A DNA stretch of 64,000 nucleotides from Podarcis bocagei (lineage: Eukaryota): NCBI GenBank assembly GCA_964188305.1, contig OZ076889.1, one strand, 5' to 3'. A program made the position numbers and the translations under genes. Shown one piece after another: positions 26,493-39,603 of the stretch. Under the pieces are notes generated by a model. It had not been told where the DNA came from. It did not search any database and saw only the letters and a program-made list of their open reading frames with translations. Numbering within the stretch: the first letter of the stretch is position 1; each line of letters begins with the position of its first letter.

Positions 26493-27406
26493 TGGCAAAC
26501 TGAATTTGTGCCCTGCCATATTTGCTATTGAGATGGGTCAGAGACCTGATTGTGACATTAGTGAAAATGGAGACATGGTGTGGTATTCAACTAAGTTTTA
26601 TTCACAGAAGACCCATTTAAATTAATGAACATGATTAAGTTTGGTCCATTAATTTCAGTGTGTCTCCTCTGAATAAAATTGAGTTGAATGCTACCCATGT
26701 CCTCTGTTGTTGCACCTCTTCAGTACTGGGACATTGAAGCTTGGCCTAACTTTGTGGCTGAGATTCTGAATGTGACTGAGCTTGAACTAGGCCTCAGAAC
26801 ACAAAAGTTCAAGCTCCACCACATTCTCCCTGTATGACATTAAGTGAATCTGGCAACTCATCTGGGCCTCTGTTCCCCATGTGTATAGAAAGGTTAATAG
26901 AGGTTGTAATTTTAAATTTGTCAGTGATTGTGAGGCCACTTGGACATTTAGTTGTTGAAGGGTGCACCATATGATGAGCAGGTAAGCTAACAAAGTGAAC
27001 CCAGGTGCCCTGGTGAAGGGCAGGGTAGGGAGAAACATGGGCAGCAGAATAGATTGGGCAACTAAGCTCATGGAAAATGTCTCTAAGTCTTTTCCCCTGC
27101 AAGCAAAATTCAACTGTAGGCCAGTCCTTTTGGTGGATTAAAGCTACCAGCTGGAGGATAATTATTCCCCCATTACAGCTACAGTAACAAAGATCAGTCT
27201 CCACATCCTCCCCCCCCCCCTGGCTTGTATCTTGTCTTTTTTCGTCAGACTGGCTTTATGTTTCCCCCCCTCCTGTCGTTTTCTTTTCTGGGAAGAGTTA
27301 AGGAGCTGAATTTGTTGGATTCAACCCATAAAGAAAGGCAAAACAAAGCGGAAACCAAAATATAGCCATTTGGTTAAAAGAAAACACACACCCATGTTTC
27401 CCTTTA

Positions 27407-27630
27407 CAGTGGTACCTCGGGTTCAGGTTACAGACTCTGCTTCAGGTTACAGACTCTGCTAACCCAGAAATAGTACCTCGGGTTAAGAAATTTACCTCAG
27501 GATGAGAACAGAAATCGTGTGGCGGCAGCAGGAAGCCCCATTAGCTAAAGCGGTACCTCAGGTTAAGAACAGTTTCAGGTTAAGAATGGACCTCCAGAAC
27601 AAATTAAGTTCTTAACCCGAGGTACCACTG
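27407..27630. mobile_element. Second copy of the CAGTGGTACCTC MITE
   Basis: Same TIRs and TA flanks as 20970-21174. Internal 19-bp tandem duplication at ~27422-27460. Confidence 0.92.
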
Positions 27631-28013
27631 TACTTTATCACTGAGTTGATCTTATGGTGCAAGTGATTGCTTCATGGATTCTTATCCTGAAGCTGCTGTG
27701 TACAAATTGGAGATTACTGGCTATCGTGAGCTTGTGCAAGTGTTATTTTGTGTGGGGATGAGAACAGAAATCGTGTGGCGGCAGCAGGAAGCCCCATTAG
27801 CTAAAGCGGTACCTCAGGTTAAGAACAGTTTCAGGTTAAGAACGGACCTCCAGAACAAATTAAGTTCTTAACCCGAGGTACCACTGTACTTTATCACTGA
27901 GTTGATCTTATGGTGCAAGTGATTGCTTCATGGATTCTTATCCTGAAGCTGCTGTGTACAAATTGGAGATTACTGGCTATCGTGAGCTTGTGCAAGTGTT
28001 ATTTTGTGTGGGG
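27502..28013. repeat. 256-bp tandem duplication (2 copies)
   Basis: 27502-27757 is repeated at 27758-28013. One mismatch seen (aagaaTgg vs aagaaCgg). GG microhomology at the junction. Confidence 0.95.
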
Positions 28014-28772
28014 TTCCCCCACTGATAAATATAGTGCAGGCTAATGGTCACTGATCATCCTGATTTACAGGTTCTTGGTTAGGGTTGTAACAAGAGGGCA
28101 AGAGATCACTATGGCCTGATTTGAGTGTGGGCAAGTCAATTGCTTGTATTGGAGTTTGGCTGCTTCAGCAGATGTACCATTTCTACCCTGCTGCTGATTT
28201 GGGGAAGTGCCAAGATGAGTCTCTTGGGGCTAGCATTTGCTTAGCATTGAGTGCCAAGCTTTTTAAAGTCTTCCCCATTCCCTGCAGCACTACCCTCCCA
28301 TTTTGTGAGGGTAGATTTGTTTTCTGCTTAGTTCTTTGATGGTCAGGTGGTTGCTCTCTCCAACACAACTGTACTATTACTATAGTAATTCTACTATTAC
28401 TATTATTATTTATCAAAATTTCTATACTACCCTTCATCTGAAGATCACAGGGTGGTTTACAGTATAAAAGCACAAAAATGCATAACATTATACAGTAACA
28501 AACAAAAGCAATAACCCCTCCCCATAGACTTTCTCACTGTAACAGAATTGCCTGTGCTCCAATGTGTGGACTGACTATTCTGCTATTGTCTCTGAATGGT
28601 AGAATTAGTGCAACGATAGAAGTGTGGTTGGGACATCCATTTACTTACTGTTATAACAAGCCCTCAGAAACCTTTACTCTACACTTTCTAGGCAGAAATC
28701 CCAAATAGCTGTTTGCTGTGATTCAGTTTTAAAGAGCAGATTTTTGTGGGGAAAGCTCCAGAGCAAAAAATG

Positions 28773-28808
<36 letters not shown>

Positions 28809-29032
28809 CGGACACAGAGCTTTAACGTGTGGACCTGTTCCTGGAAAGAGCGGAGCAAATGGTAAGTGAGGATAAGCCCTAAGTCAAAATGAGTAGATGC
28901 TCCCTCTACAATGTGGAGGTCAGGTGGAACTGAATTTAATTGAGAAAAAGCTCCAATCCTAGCTCAGACAGCAAAGTACAGAGGCTACACCTGCCTTAGT
29001 ACCACTTTCCAGGCAACTCTTACTTAAAGCTT

Positions 29033-29250
29033 TGGGTTGTTTCCAAATAACTCATCAGCCCAAGGATTTCTGCTCGTGCAACAGAATTGCCCCTTTTTTG
29101 TGTGCCCCCCCCCCGTTCCCTTCTCAGATCTTCTGTGGGTGGTTGGGCAGAAACCCAGAACAGATTTAGGAGGGCCTGGGAGAGGGGGAGTTCCATTGTG
29201 CAAGCAGAAATCTTTGTGCTGATGGAATGAGCTAGTTGGATACCTATCGC
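29033..29250. mobile_element. Degenerate palindromic MITE; related copy at ~21190-21400
   Basis: caaggatttctgctcgtgcaac ... ttgtgcaagcagaaatctttg inverted arms. Confidence 0.55.
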
Positions 29251-29299
29251 TGTACACCATGAAAATATAACAGGGAAGGATAGCGGGCGGGAAAGAGAA

Positions 29300-29510
29300 G
29301 GGTTGTTGCTCAGTAGAGGAACACATGCCTTGTGTACAGTAGGTTACAGGTTCAATTCCCAGTATCTCCAGTAAGAGCTGAGAAAATATTCCTGTCAGAA
29401 ATCCTAGAAAGCTGCTGCCAGTCAAAATAGAGTCTGTATTGTCTGTATCAGTACTGAGCTAGATGGGCCAATGATTTGACTCAGCATGACAGCTTCCCAT
29501 GGTCCTATGC
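29300..29510 (+). mobile_element. Old tRNA-headed SINE with CR1-like tail; related partial copy at ~41128-41260
   Basis: gctcagtag A box, ggttcaattccc B box, tail gagctagatgggccaatg...cctatg. Confidence 0.7.
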
Positions 29511-29924
29511 ATCTATATTTTTTTAATACAGATTGCTGTCAGATTTTTAAATACTGCCTGCATTCATGAAGGCTATAAATGAACTTATTTTATATGGAAG
29601 TTTGTGTCAAAGCAATGGAACCAACCAACAAAACTCCACGTTCTCTGCTAGTGTCCCTCATTTCAGTTAGGTTTGAAGCACATCCATTATCAAACTATAA
29701 GCCAGGATGATTAACAATTTTACATTCATGCTCATGTCATCCTCAGATTTTATTTGGGCTTCTGGGAGGCTGGAGTGAAGAAAAGTAAAAACAGACTTTT
29801 AGACCACTTTGTTTTATCTAAAAGTGGCAGTGTGCAGGCTCACTGTGCTTATCCCCATTTGGCAAGCAATATTTTTCTCTCATGTTGGAGCATTTTCCCA
29901 GTGACTACTAGCTGATATAGGCCA

Positions 29925-29955
<31 letters not shown>

Positions 29956-32655
29956 CAAAAACAAACCAACAACGAATCCCTGCTTCCTTCATGTTGAGCC
30001 TTCCCATGGAACAGTCACTGATTAAAAGTGACATTTAAAATTTCCGGTTTACTTTTTCACTGCCTCTGTTTATTGCCTCTCCCCCTCCTTCCCGCGCGCG
30101 CGCACACACACACACACACACTTCATATGGTTGAAGCCAGCTCACTGCCCCTATTCTATTGTAGCACCTTTTGCTATTGGATGTCATTGTGTAAGCAGTG
30201 CATTCCAAGGTAAAATGTTGTTATTCCAAAAAGGAATTCTTATCAAGAGGCTTAATTTTAAACGCTTCTAAAACCAATAAGGCAGCCTGCTATTAAGATG
30301 CTGAATGAGGTGTCAAGAGTTTCACTCACTCACTTGGTGTCAGCTGGAGTTAGGAAAGCTCATGACCTCTTTAAAGCAGATGCCTCAGGATAACCCTCAG
30401 ACTGCCCGGTTTTATACTGAATTAGACTAGTGGTCCATTTGGCCCAGTAGTGTCAACTGCTCTTCAGGAAGATCAAGTGGGGCCTCTACAAGTAGAGCCA
30501 TCAGATGTCAGGCAAGACTTGGGAAGGGAGTTCATAGTCATGCATCTCTAGATAGCTGGGACTCTTGTGCCATTGACAATTTAGAACACACTTTTAACTA
30601 GTTTGTAGAAAAGCAATCAAATTAATGTATTTTTTAAACAGCAGAAAATGAGGTCCACTCTAGATTGGAGTACTAAAAACTATATTTATTGCATGAAGGA
30701 GAGCAAGTAAGACGATGACTTATGTGGACCAAGTGGTGATAATAGAAGCAGAAGTTGCAAAGCCCCCCCCCCCGATTAAATATTCAAGAGGATAATATAT
30801 TTTTGAATTATTGTATAACTCCCATTCATTTCCATGTGGTTTCTGTTGGAGAACTTCCCAGCTGACTTGCTCTTTGCCAAATATTAAATTACTCTTTGCA
30901 GTCTGAGTGTTCAGGATCAGTTGTGTTACAAACTCAGTAAAAGTGTGATCCTATGGCTTTGGAATGGCATCCTGGGGGTCATAGGATACAGCAGATCTTC
31001 TCCACCATTGGTGGAGAGGGAGGTCTGCCATCACAGAGGGACCCCAGGATGCTTCCTTATAGTGGTGGCAGAGAGCTGTGTTGTTGGTACTCCAATAACA
31101 GAAAGAACAAGTGTGTGGGTTTCCTGGGCACATTGGGGGAAGCTTTGGATTCAGTGGATCTAAAGCTCCCTACTGGGCATTCCCTTGGAACAGGAAATAA
31201 TGATTTCCCTCCCATTAGAGTCTATGGAGCTTTCCCCACCCTCTGCTGATGTGAGCCCAGCAGGGCTGGGAATCTGGTGTTTCTTCCCCTCCCCAATAGG
31301 ATTGCTTTGTAAATATGTGCTTCTGCTTCATAACAGATGTGTTTGCAACATAGCCAAATACTAACACATATATTTGTGTGTAGAAAGTGGATCAACATGG
31401 AAACAATAATTTTTCTTAGAAATATGCAAAGCCCCAAGAACGAAAATCTTACCCACAAACTCCCCCTTAGCCTCATTAGGGGATGATAGCTATTCCCCAT
31501 CTGTTAATTCCTGCCTCTTTGTGATCTGCTACTACCTAAAAGGGGCAAGTAAGTTGTGCTATCATAATGAACTGGATAAACAATTCCCCAAACAGATTAA
31601 AACTAACTGTAACTTGTAAAGGGTGGGAGGATGGGGGGTATGTAGTAATTATATTTTATTAGCTAGCAAAGCACCATTTTTTGCTTTCAAAGGATAATTC
31701 TATGTAAATCATCTTAATTAGAAGTGTCAGACAAACCTGTGAAGATCATAGTTAGCAAGTAATTTCCTATGTATGGGTTATAATTTAAACCACATGGATC
31801 GCTCGCTGTGTGGCAATATGCTGGCCATGAAATAATGTGGGGAGTGTCGGTTGAGGTTATTACTATGTAAATGTGTGATCATTTCAGACCGCTCCTGACT
31901 TGCTTAGTGATTAAAGAGAATTCTGAGGTCTCCAAAGATTGTGCTCTTTGCAAGGGCCTGGAGCAGAAAACTTTAAAAGGTGCTGGAAAGTGTTTGAACT
32001 TTAAAGGTCGTTATTTCCCTTTTACCATTTTTAATTTGCCACCACTGTTTATGGGAAGGAAGGTTTCTCTTTGCTTATGGCCTCTCACTTTCCCAACCAT
32101 CAGGCTAGCGATTAATGATTTGCTCTCTGGAAGGACTGGACAAGAGAGAGTGTTGCTGCTTTACACAATACATTTACCTATGCACATAACTTACCTGTGT
32201 GTTTAAAAACACGATCTCTGACTTGGTTCTTTAATCCCAGAAGAAAAGGCTGAAATGGAGGCGTCAGCCTGTTCTGGGTTATGTGTTCTTATAATGAAGC
32301 AACAGATATGCAATACTTGTAGGAGGAATGGTCCCTTGGCCTGACCTGGTAAGACTGAAGTGTGACCCACAAAAATCACATTCTAATTCTCTAGATGAAT
32401 TAATCTGGACTAGTTACCGCTAGTTAAATGATCTTCAGCATGTGCTGTTACTACTGAGAGTAGAATCAGAAGCACTTATACTCCTCAAATATTGTCAACT
32501 TTCTTTAACTGTGCTCATCATCTTGAGGCCCTTCTTTGTGTGCTCCCTACACAAGAGGCCTGGAGGGTGGCAACACAGGAACAGGCCTTTTTTTGCGGTG
32601 GCTCCATTTGTGGAGTGCTCCCCACAGGGAGACTCACCTGACACCAGGCAAAAGC

Positions 32656-33203
32656 CACTGTATTCTGCTCTGGTCAGACCACACCTGGAGTACTGTGTCC
32701 AGTTCTGGGCACCACAATTCAAGAAGGACACTGACAAACTGGAACGTGTCCAGAGGAGGGCAACCAAAATGGTCAAAGGCCTGGAAACGATGCCTTATGA
32801 GGAACGGCTAAGGGAGCTGGGCATGTTTAGCCTGGAGAAGAGGAGGTTAAGGGGTGATATGATAGCCATGTTCAAATATATAAAAGGATGTCACATAGAG
32901 GAGGGAGAAAGGTTGTTTTCTGCTGCTCCAGAGAAGCGGACACGGAGCAATGGATCCAAACTACAAGAAAGAAGATTCCACCTAAACATTAGGAAGAACT
33001 TCCTGACAGTAAGAGCTGTTCGACAGTGGAATTTGCTGCCAAGGAGTGTGGTGGAGTCTCCTACTTTGGAGGTCTTTAAGCAGAGGCTTGACAACCATAT
33101 GTCAGGAGTGCTCTGATGGTGTTTCCTGCTTGGCAGGGGGTTGGACTCGATGGCCCTTGTGGTCTCTTCCAACTCTATGATTCTATGATTCTATGATTCT
33201 ATG
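32656..33203 (+). mobile_element. Young 5'-truncated CR1 LINE inserted into an older L2-like remnant
   Basis: Uninterrupted ORF2 C-terminus ([25 protein letters not shown]...[13 protein letters not shown], stop at 33116), (ATTCTATG)n tail, candidate TSD AAAAGC (32650-55 / 33204-09). Confidence 0.96.
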
Positions 33204-36200
33204 AAAAGCTTTGGCCTTTTAACTATCTGTGGTCTTTCAGAAGTGTGTGGGATGTTTTTAATGTATTTCTCTTTCCTTTTGGTTTTCATGTATCCATGTG
33301 GGGTGTAATGTTTGTTTGTTTGTTTGTTTGTTTGTTTGTCCATTCATTTGTAAGTTGCTTTGGGTTGCCCTGGGCACTGAAGCAACTAATAAATTCAATA
33401 AATAAAAATAAGAATCATTCATTTCCTCGTTGCATCATGGAAAGGAAGAATTGGTTAAATACCATAAAGCATATTTAACTGCCAACTTCATAGGAACCAC
33501 ATTCCCTTCTGGGCAGTCCTCCGAGAGCCACATGTCACTGTTGGTTAGGGCCAGAGGCAAAAGTGGGCAGAGCAATAAATGTGAAGGTAACTTCTGTATG
33601 GTAGACTAGTTTCTTCAGACTCATGCATCTCTCTCTATCCTCCAGCCAGCCAAGCAAAAGCCCTCAAGGAAGGTGCAAAGCAAGGCTGGTGAGGGGTGTG
33701 TCTCAGGAGGATGTATAACCTGGGGAGAGTCCTGAGGGCTATAGAGAGAGGAATGGTGGGCCACCATTGTTCCCCGCCCTGAGGAGAAGAGTATGGTATC
33801 TCCACGATGACAAATCTTAAAAACCACTTTTGACAATCATTTGGTAAGGATTGGTTAGAAAGAAAGAAAATAGTACAAAGAGAGCAAAACTAACTGGAGG
33901 GGAATGACATTAAGTAATGGGCAATCCAACACTGGCTTATGCTGGCCAGGGTTTTTTCCCTTTTTTTGTTCGGGTGGCTCCTACTTTTTTTAATTTCCGC
34001 TTTGGCATCCCAGCAGACATAGTTGAGGGACCCAATCCTGGTGCCTCCCAGGGGAATGAAAAAGCTGTGAACCTGGCACACCCCTGGCCGCCTCTGACTC
34101 AGCCCCAGAACACCCAGTTTGGGGGGCTCCCCACAGTGAAAACATCTCCAGTGAATCTAGGGGTTGGGATTGCTCTCTAAATAGGTAAATATCTCACACA
34201 TGCCAACACACACAACACACTTCCCTTTGGTAAGGAATTGGATAACTTGGCCTCCTACCTCCCTGAAGTGTGTACAAAAGACCAGCTTTTTGTCAGTGAC
34301 CCCAAAAAGCGCATTGGTTGCTATTGAGAAGGGAGGTAGAATTGAGGTTGAGATGACTTTTGGTCTTCAATTTTTGAGGAGGCTGTGATTGCAACAAAGA
34401 AGCAGTGGTGGCATGGGAAGCTTTGCAGTCCCCAGAAGCCAACACCTTCAAAATACCCTCCTCACTTCGTTTTTCTACACCCAGCCATCTGCCAACAAAA
34501 GGCAGATTAAAGCTAGCCAAATTCAATTTCTACTCACTGCTGCCACAGCTCGACATCTGGGGCTAAAGTGTCCCCGACAAAGCGAACATGACAGCCACAT
34601 TGCTTTTTTGTCACATCCAGTAGCATGTTGATCTTCTAAAAGTCTCATAAAAATTTATTGATGTCTCCCATATTGCTGTGATTGGGAAGAAAAGTGTGTG
34701 TGGTGTGTGTGTGTGTGTGTTAATGCTTCTAGAATAGATCTGATTTGATATGTCTTGTTCTATTGTCAGCATCTGTTTAGCAAGGCTTTTTAATACTTTC
34801 TGGCTGCCGATCAGTCATCCCTAGCTTGGGATGCCGACTTGCATACAAATTTTATTATTAAGTACAATTCCTTCTCTCCCCACTATCCTCCCCCCCCCCA
34901 CACCACCCTCCCCTCTACCTATCCACCCATCCATCCATCAACCCCCCCAAGGCTAAGAAGAGGGACCTCCAGCTGTGGGAGCCCTGCAAGCGCAAGACAT
35001 CAGCTTGGGTAACATATTTCAGAGCCCCATTTTTGCCTGTTGCAGGTGCTTTGTATCAGTAAATCGAATCATGGGGAAATCATTTATTTCCTAATGCTGT
35101 TTGTGGCATGTTAGCTGGAGAATTTACATGAGAGAGATTACTTTAATAACCAAAAAAATTACAGTGCGGGGTCTCCCCGCCCCGTCGCCTTTGATATGTA
35201 ATTGTTTCAAATTTAACCTGTCTGGAGTGAGGGTGAAAGGCATTATTAAATCTGAAGCATCTTGCTCCAGGGAGGGCGGGGAGGGGGAGGATCACCCTAG
35301 TGTGAACCTCCTTCCAGCCGTTAAATAGAAATGGAGTGAAATTAACAAATCAACCAAGCAGAGAGAAAGAAGGAATTCCTACAGCCTGGAGAAAGGCCCT
35401 TCTAATTTTAGTAATTTGTCTCTCTTTTCTCTGCTCCACATTCTCCTCCTGTGACCCAGTCCTGTGTGATACCTAATGCTCTTCATTCCTGCTAGCGTCT
35501 CTGTACATTAATTTTGTTCAAGGGCTGAGATCCATACTGGACCAAGGGTCTCAGGGAAAATGTGAACTGCAGAGAAATGTAACCATTTATATTTAGAAAT
35601 GTAATTCCTTATCAGGTATCCTCCGACTAATAGGGACTGTAATCCGTCACAGAGCAACAAGGCAGTGTATATGAATGACTGCACCCAGACAGGGTTATAC
35701 CAGGAAGGTGCCTGTCACATCAGCGTCCCACAGGACGCTAACTTTGCAGCAGGATTTCTGGTCAAACAAAGTGGCAAGTGCTTGTAGAGTTTTCAACCAG
35801 TTTCTGTGTCCCATAAGCAGTAAGAGCAGGTGGTAATGCGTTGTGAGACAAGCTATCCACAGCACAGCTAACTACTTTTCTGCATGGCAGGTAGGTCTCT
35901 TAATGGTTTCCCAAATCACCTGTTTTTTCAGCACACTTTGGTTTCAGTTTCACCCCTTTACCTGCCTCTCCTGGACTGGGCTGTGGTTTCATCCAAGATC
36001 TTGTCTTACCCAACATGGCCAGTTCAAGAAGTCATCAGGGTTGGGAATTTGCCAGGGCCCAGAACCAGTAAGGGGACAACTAACTGAAAGTGAATGCCAC
36101 CACTTTGACTGTCATTTGCTACTAGGATTGACTAGGTTTGGAAGGGACACTAGAGCAAACCCTTAACTAAGTTGAGGTGTTTTTGTGTTTTTTTAAGAAT

Positions 36201-37389
36201 CTGCCTGAGATTTGCCAAGTGTGTATGCCATTAGTTCTGACTAGTTTGCATGCCTTGCTTCCTTCTGCCCTTCAGGGCTGTGCTTTAGTTCTCCCCACCC
36301 CCTCAACAGCTTAATCAGGGTACCATAGAGCTCCCTTTGTGCATCCACTCTGCAATGTGGTAAAGTTCTACCCTTCGCTCCAATCACTAGGTAATACCAC
36401 TGCTACCCTGCCTATGAGTCTTCTTTAAGCTAGTGGGTGAGCAGCCTTTGATCTTGGGAATGGGGGAATTGCCAGCGAACTCACTCCACTTGCCGCTGGA
36501 TGCCAGAGCCAGCCTAACCTCTTCTTATTCCCCGTTGGCACAAATCTTTGGAGTAAGTTACCTATTAGCCTGGCTCATGGGTCACAGGCCATAGAGTGCT
36601 TTCCAGTTGTTTTGCAAAGCAGTGAAGCCACTGCTGCAATTACAGCTGGACTGCTCACAATGGCAGGTCATGAGGGGAGGATAATTGGCTTTGGAACACC
36701 CTGTGGAAGAGGGGACAGCATGAGACAGGCCACATATACAGGAGCCTTGAGAGATGTGGTATTTGAGGGCAATTGTTGCTTTGCCTAGATGAGAGAAATT
36801 GGCAGGATCTACTCTTGGGTTCCTATCAGACAAATTTAAGTTAAGAGAAAGCACTGCTGTGGGGGAATGCTTGAGGTATGTCTATCCAATCTTTGAGCAA
36901 TGGAGTCTTTGGTGTAAAAAGAGTTGTGAATGGATGTGTAGTGGTTTGGGAAGGCCACTGTAACACGGGCATGAGAAACCTCCAGACCATCATGCCTCAG
37001 AACCAGATCATGGAGGTCTTTGCAGCCCATGCCCCAACCTAATGGTGTGCCAGCTGCCTCACTCCATGCTCTGCTTCCAGTTTGGTTGCCTTCCTCCCTC
37101 CGATCTTGCTGTCCCTCATTCTCCTTCTTCATAAATGAATGAGGAGAGCCAAAGAGAACAAGGAGAGTTATTAAAGGGTCCTTGTCCAAGTTGCCCAAGA
37201 CGTCTCCAGAAGCTGGAGCCAGTCCAGTTAAATGGCCATGGATTCAAATTGCAACACTATGCATTACTTCTGTTTATGATACTTAATGGTGTATTTTCCC
37301 ATAGGGCCAGGCCTGCCTCCCTAGTGGACATGGAAAGCTTTATTATGCTACAAGAATAATGTAGGTGTAAAAGGCAGATGCACTTCAGA

Positions 37390-37585
37390 GCTTCTGTGAT
37401 ACCTAGAGTATGATTTTGGATACAGGAGGTCAACGTTATATCCTTGCTCAGCTTCAGAGTTGACAGGGTAGCACTGAGTGTCACTGTCTCTCAGTCTAAT
37501 CTGCCTCACAGGGTTTTTGTGAGAACACCAATCCTGCTCTGAAGAAAGGGCAGGATTCAAATGTAATATATAAATAATAGGGATA
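37390..37585 (+). mobile_element. Highly decayed CORE-type SINE just upstream of the 37772 exon
   Basis: gtcactgtctctcagtctaatctgcctcacagggtttttgtgag resembles the Squam3/MIR body. Confidence 0.55.
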
Positions 37586-37771
37586 GAAAGTTGGGTACAG
37601 TGTGGTGGTGATGGTCTTCTGTGTGGAAAGTGAGTTCCTAGTTGTCTGGATCTCATCATAGAGGGCTTTACAGCACCAAACCCCCCAAAAAGGTCTGAAA
37701 AGTCTTACCTTGTAGAATTTATCTGCCCACTTTCAGTATGGTACTGATACTCTTCTTTTCTCTCTTGACAG

Positions 37772-37817
37772 TAAGAACTCTATATTGAAGGATGTCATGG
37801 CTCCAGGTACTCCCAAG
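37772..37817 (+). CDS. RNF220: RNF220 coding exon (probably exon 4), 46 nt, phase 2 to 0
   Basis: Pyrimidine tract tcttcttttctctcttgacAG, donor aag|GTAAGT. Encodes (S)KNSILKDVMAPGTPK, and the phase matches the previous exon (AG+T = Ser). Not in the ORF track. Confidence 0.92.
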
Positions 37818-39603
37818 GTAAGTGAGTCAAATTTGGTCACATATTGTTTTCCAATATCCTCCATGCCCCTACAAACACTGTTTCTTGGTCCAATTTGATC
37901 TTCCTTTCATAATCTTCATAACAGTATGTGGTATCAAACAGTTGTCTCATCCTGTACACAGACCCTGAAGTTCCCTGGGGAGGGGACAGTCACTTAAGTC
38001 TTTATTCCTGCATCCCTCTTTATATTAGTGCCTCAATACGTAGTGGGCATGCTTAGAACCCATTGTAAAACCATTTCAGCGTTCTAAAATACTTCCAGAT
38101 TTTACTAGAATTGGCCTTTGGGTCCCTGCAATTGGAGATTAAATCATCTTAACTTGTGACCTTCACACTGGGTGCTCTGGAACCAGAGACACTAGTTTGG
38201 TGAAGTGGGTGTCTGCAGCAATTCTATCTTCTCTGTCTCCAACCTCCATCTGTAATGTGTTAGGGGTAGGGTGTGCTTAGCTGTGGCTAAACAAATGTGT
38301 ATGTGGTGGCAAATGCAGGGTCATTGCCGAATAATGTCGGAAGTGGCCCTTAGGACCAAGCAGAAAAACTTTGTAGGTTGTTGTGCCACCTGCTGTCATA
38401 GGCTACTAGTAATGTGTGCGCCACACCCTATACAGTGTGGTCTTAGTGCTACTCTGGCAGATCATGAGTTGCTGTTCCTGATTCAGAAACAAACATACAC
38501 AGCAGAAGCAGGCATGCAAGTAAAAGGGAACACATCAATTAAAAATCAAGAATCTTCTTATTCGCCTTTGTGCCTCACAAGGGAGTAGGAAAGAGCAGCA
38601 TGAAAAGCAGCTCTTGTACTGTGCATTTTGGTTGTGCTCATTGCTGGATGGTGATAACTCATCTGTCCCAAACACCAAGCCTGAGGAGGCGTTCAATAGG
38701 CAGATTAGTTGTTTGGAAGTAAATATAGAGAGTTAGAGACAGTCACCAGATAAGGAAGAAAAAGGCCTTTTCTCCCAGCAGGGATTGAGCCTTTGAAGCT
38801 TCAAGCAACAAAGAATCCCATTTGCTTTGAGTGAAGGGATTAAGGCAGGATAGTTGAGGGGTCCTGTGTAACCAAGATCACTTGTCTGCTGTCGCCACAT
38901 GGCGTCCCCCTCCCTTCACTCTCCCACCATCACCTAAGAACGTTAAGAAGAGGGGGCTTTTGAATTCTTCTTAAAGCCTCTTGGCCTCAGAATTGTTATT
39001 CTCAAGTGGCACTTGCTTGAAGAACAGGCCTGCGTGATGCAAAAGGTGCTGCGCTTCTCACTTAATAGCTAGACTAAGTGTAAGTCTGCCTTGGTCTTCA
39101 GCTGGTGGGTCAAGATTCCCTATCAAGTCATGGGCTGATCTAAGGTGGGTTGCAACAGCAGTGCTACCACCATTTAAGTATATGGTGAAAAAGAAAGAAA
39201 GAAATGGCCCTTAAATATATGTTTAGGTTAAAAGTGGGTACTGGGTCTGAAAAGGATGAAGAGTAGTGGTCTAGAAACACCATTCTCTGACATAGAAGTC
39301 CTTCCTCCTCAATCCCTGGTTTGCTGGGATTCTCTATAGTTATTTAGTGGCAAGATAAATGGGTCCCACTCACACGTTTCTGGAAACAATCTTGGCATTG
39401 AAAAAGACCTGCAAATTGGCCCTGGAACGATCCAAGATGCCAAAAATTGTGCAAAGAAAATGGGCAAATTTACTTAAATTTCACATTTTATGTAGGCTTG
39501 CACATTTTGGATTTTAATTTTCAAAATGGGATCCCCCCCCCCCGCCACTAACAGTTGACTAAAATAAATGTTTGGGTGCAAGTTTTGAGACACAAGGATT
39601 ATT

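Noticed and set aside
32442-33116. 224-aa ORF as a host gene
   Set aside because: Its C-terminal two thirds is CR1 ORF2; the rest is chance open frame through unique DNA and an L2 remnant, with a GTG start.
37769-37777. Donor-like GTAAGA overlapping the acceptor of the 37772 exon (recursive splice site)
   Set aside because: The G is shared with the acceptor AG, so it is not an AG|GT recursive site, and the sequence is explained by Ser-Lys codons.
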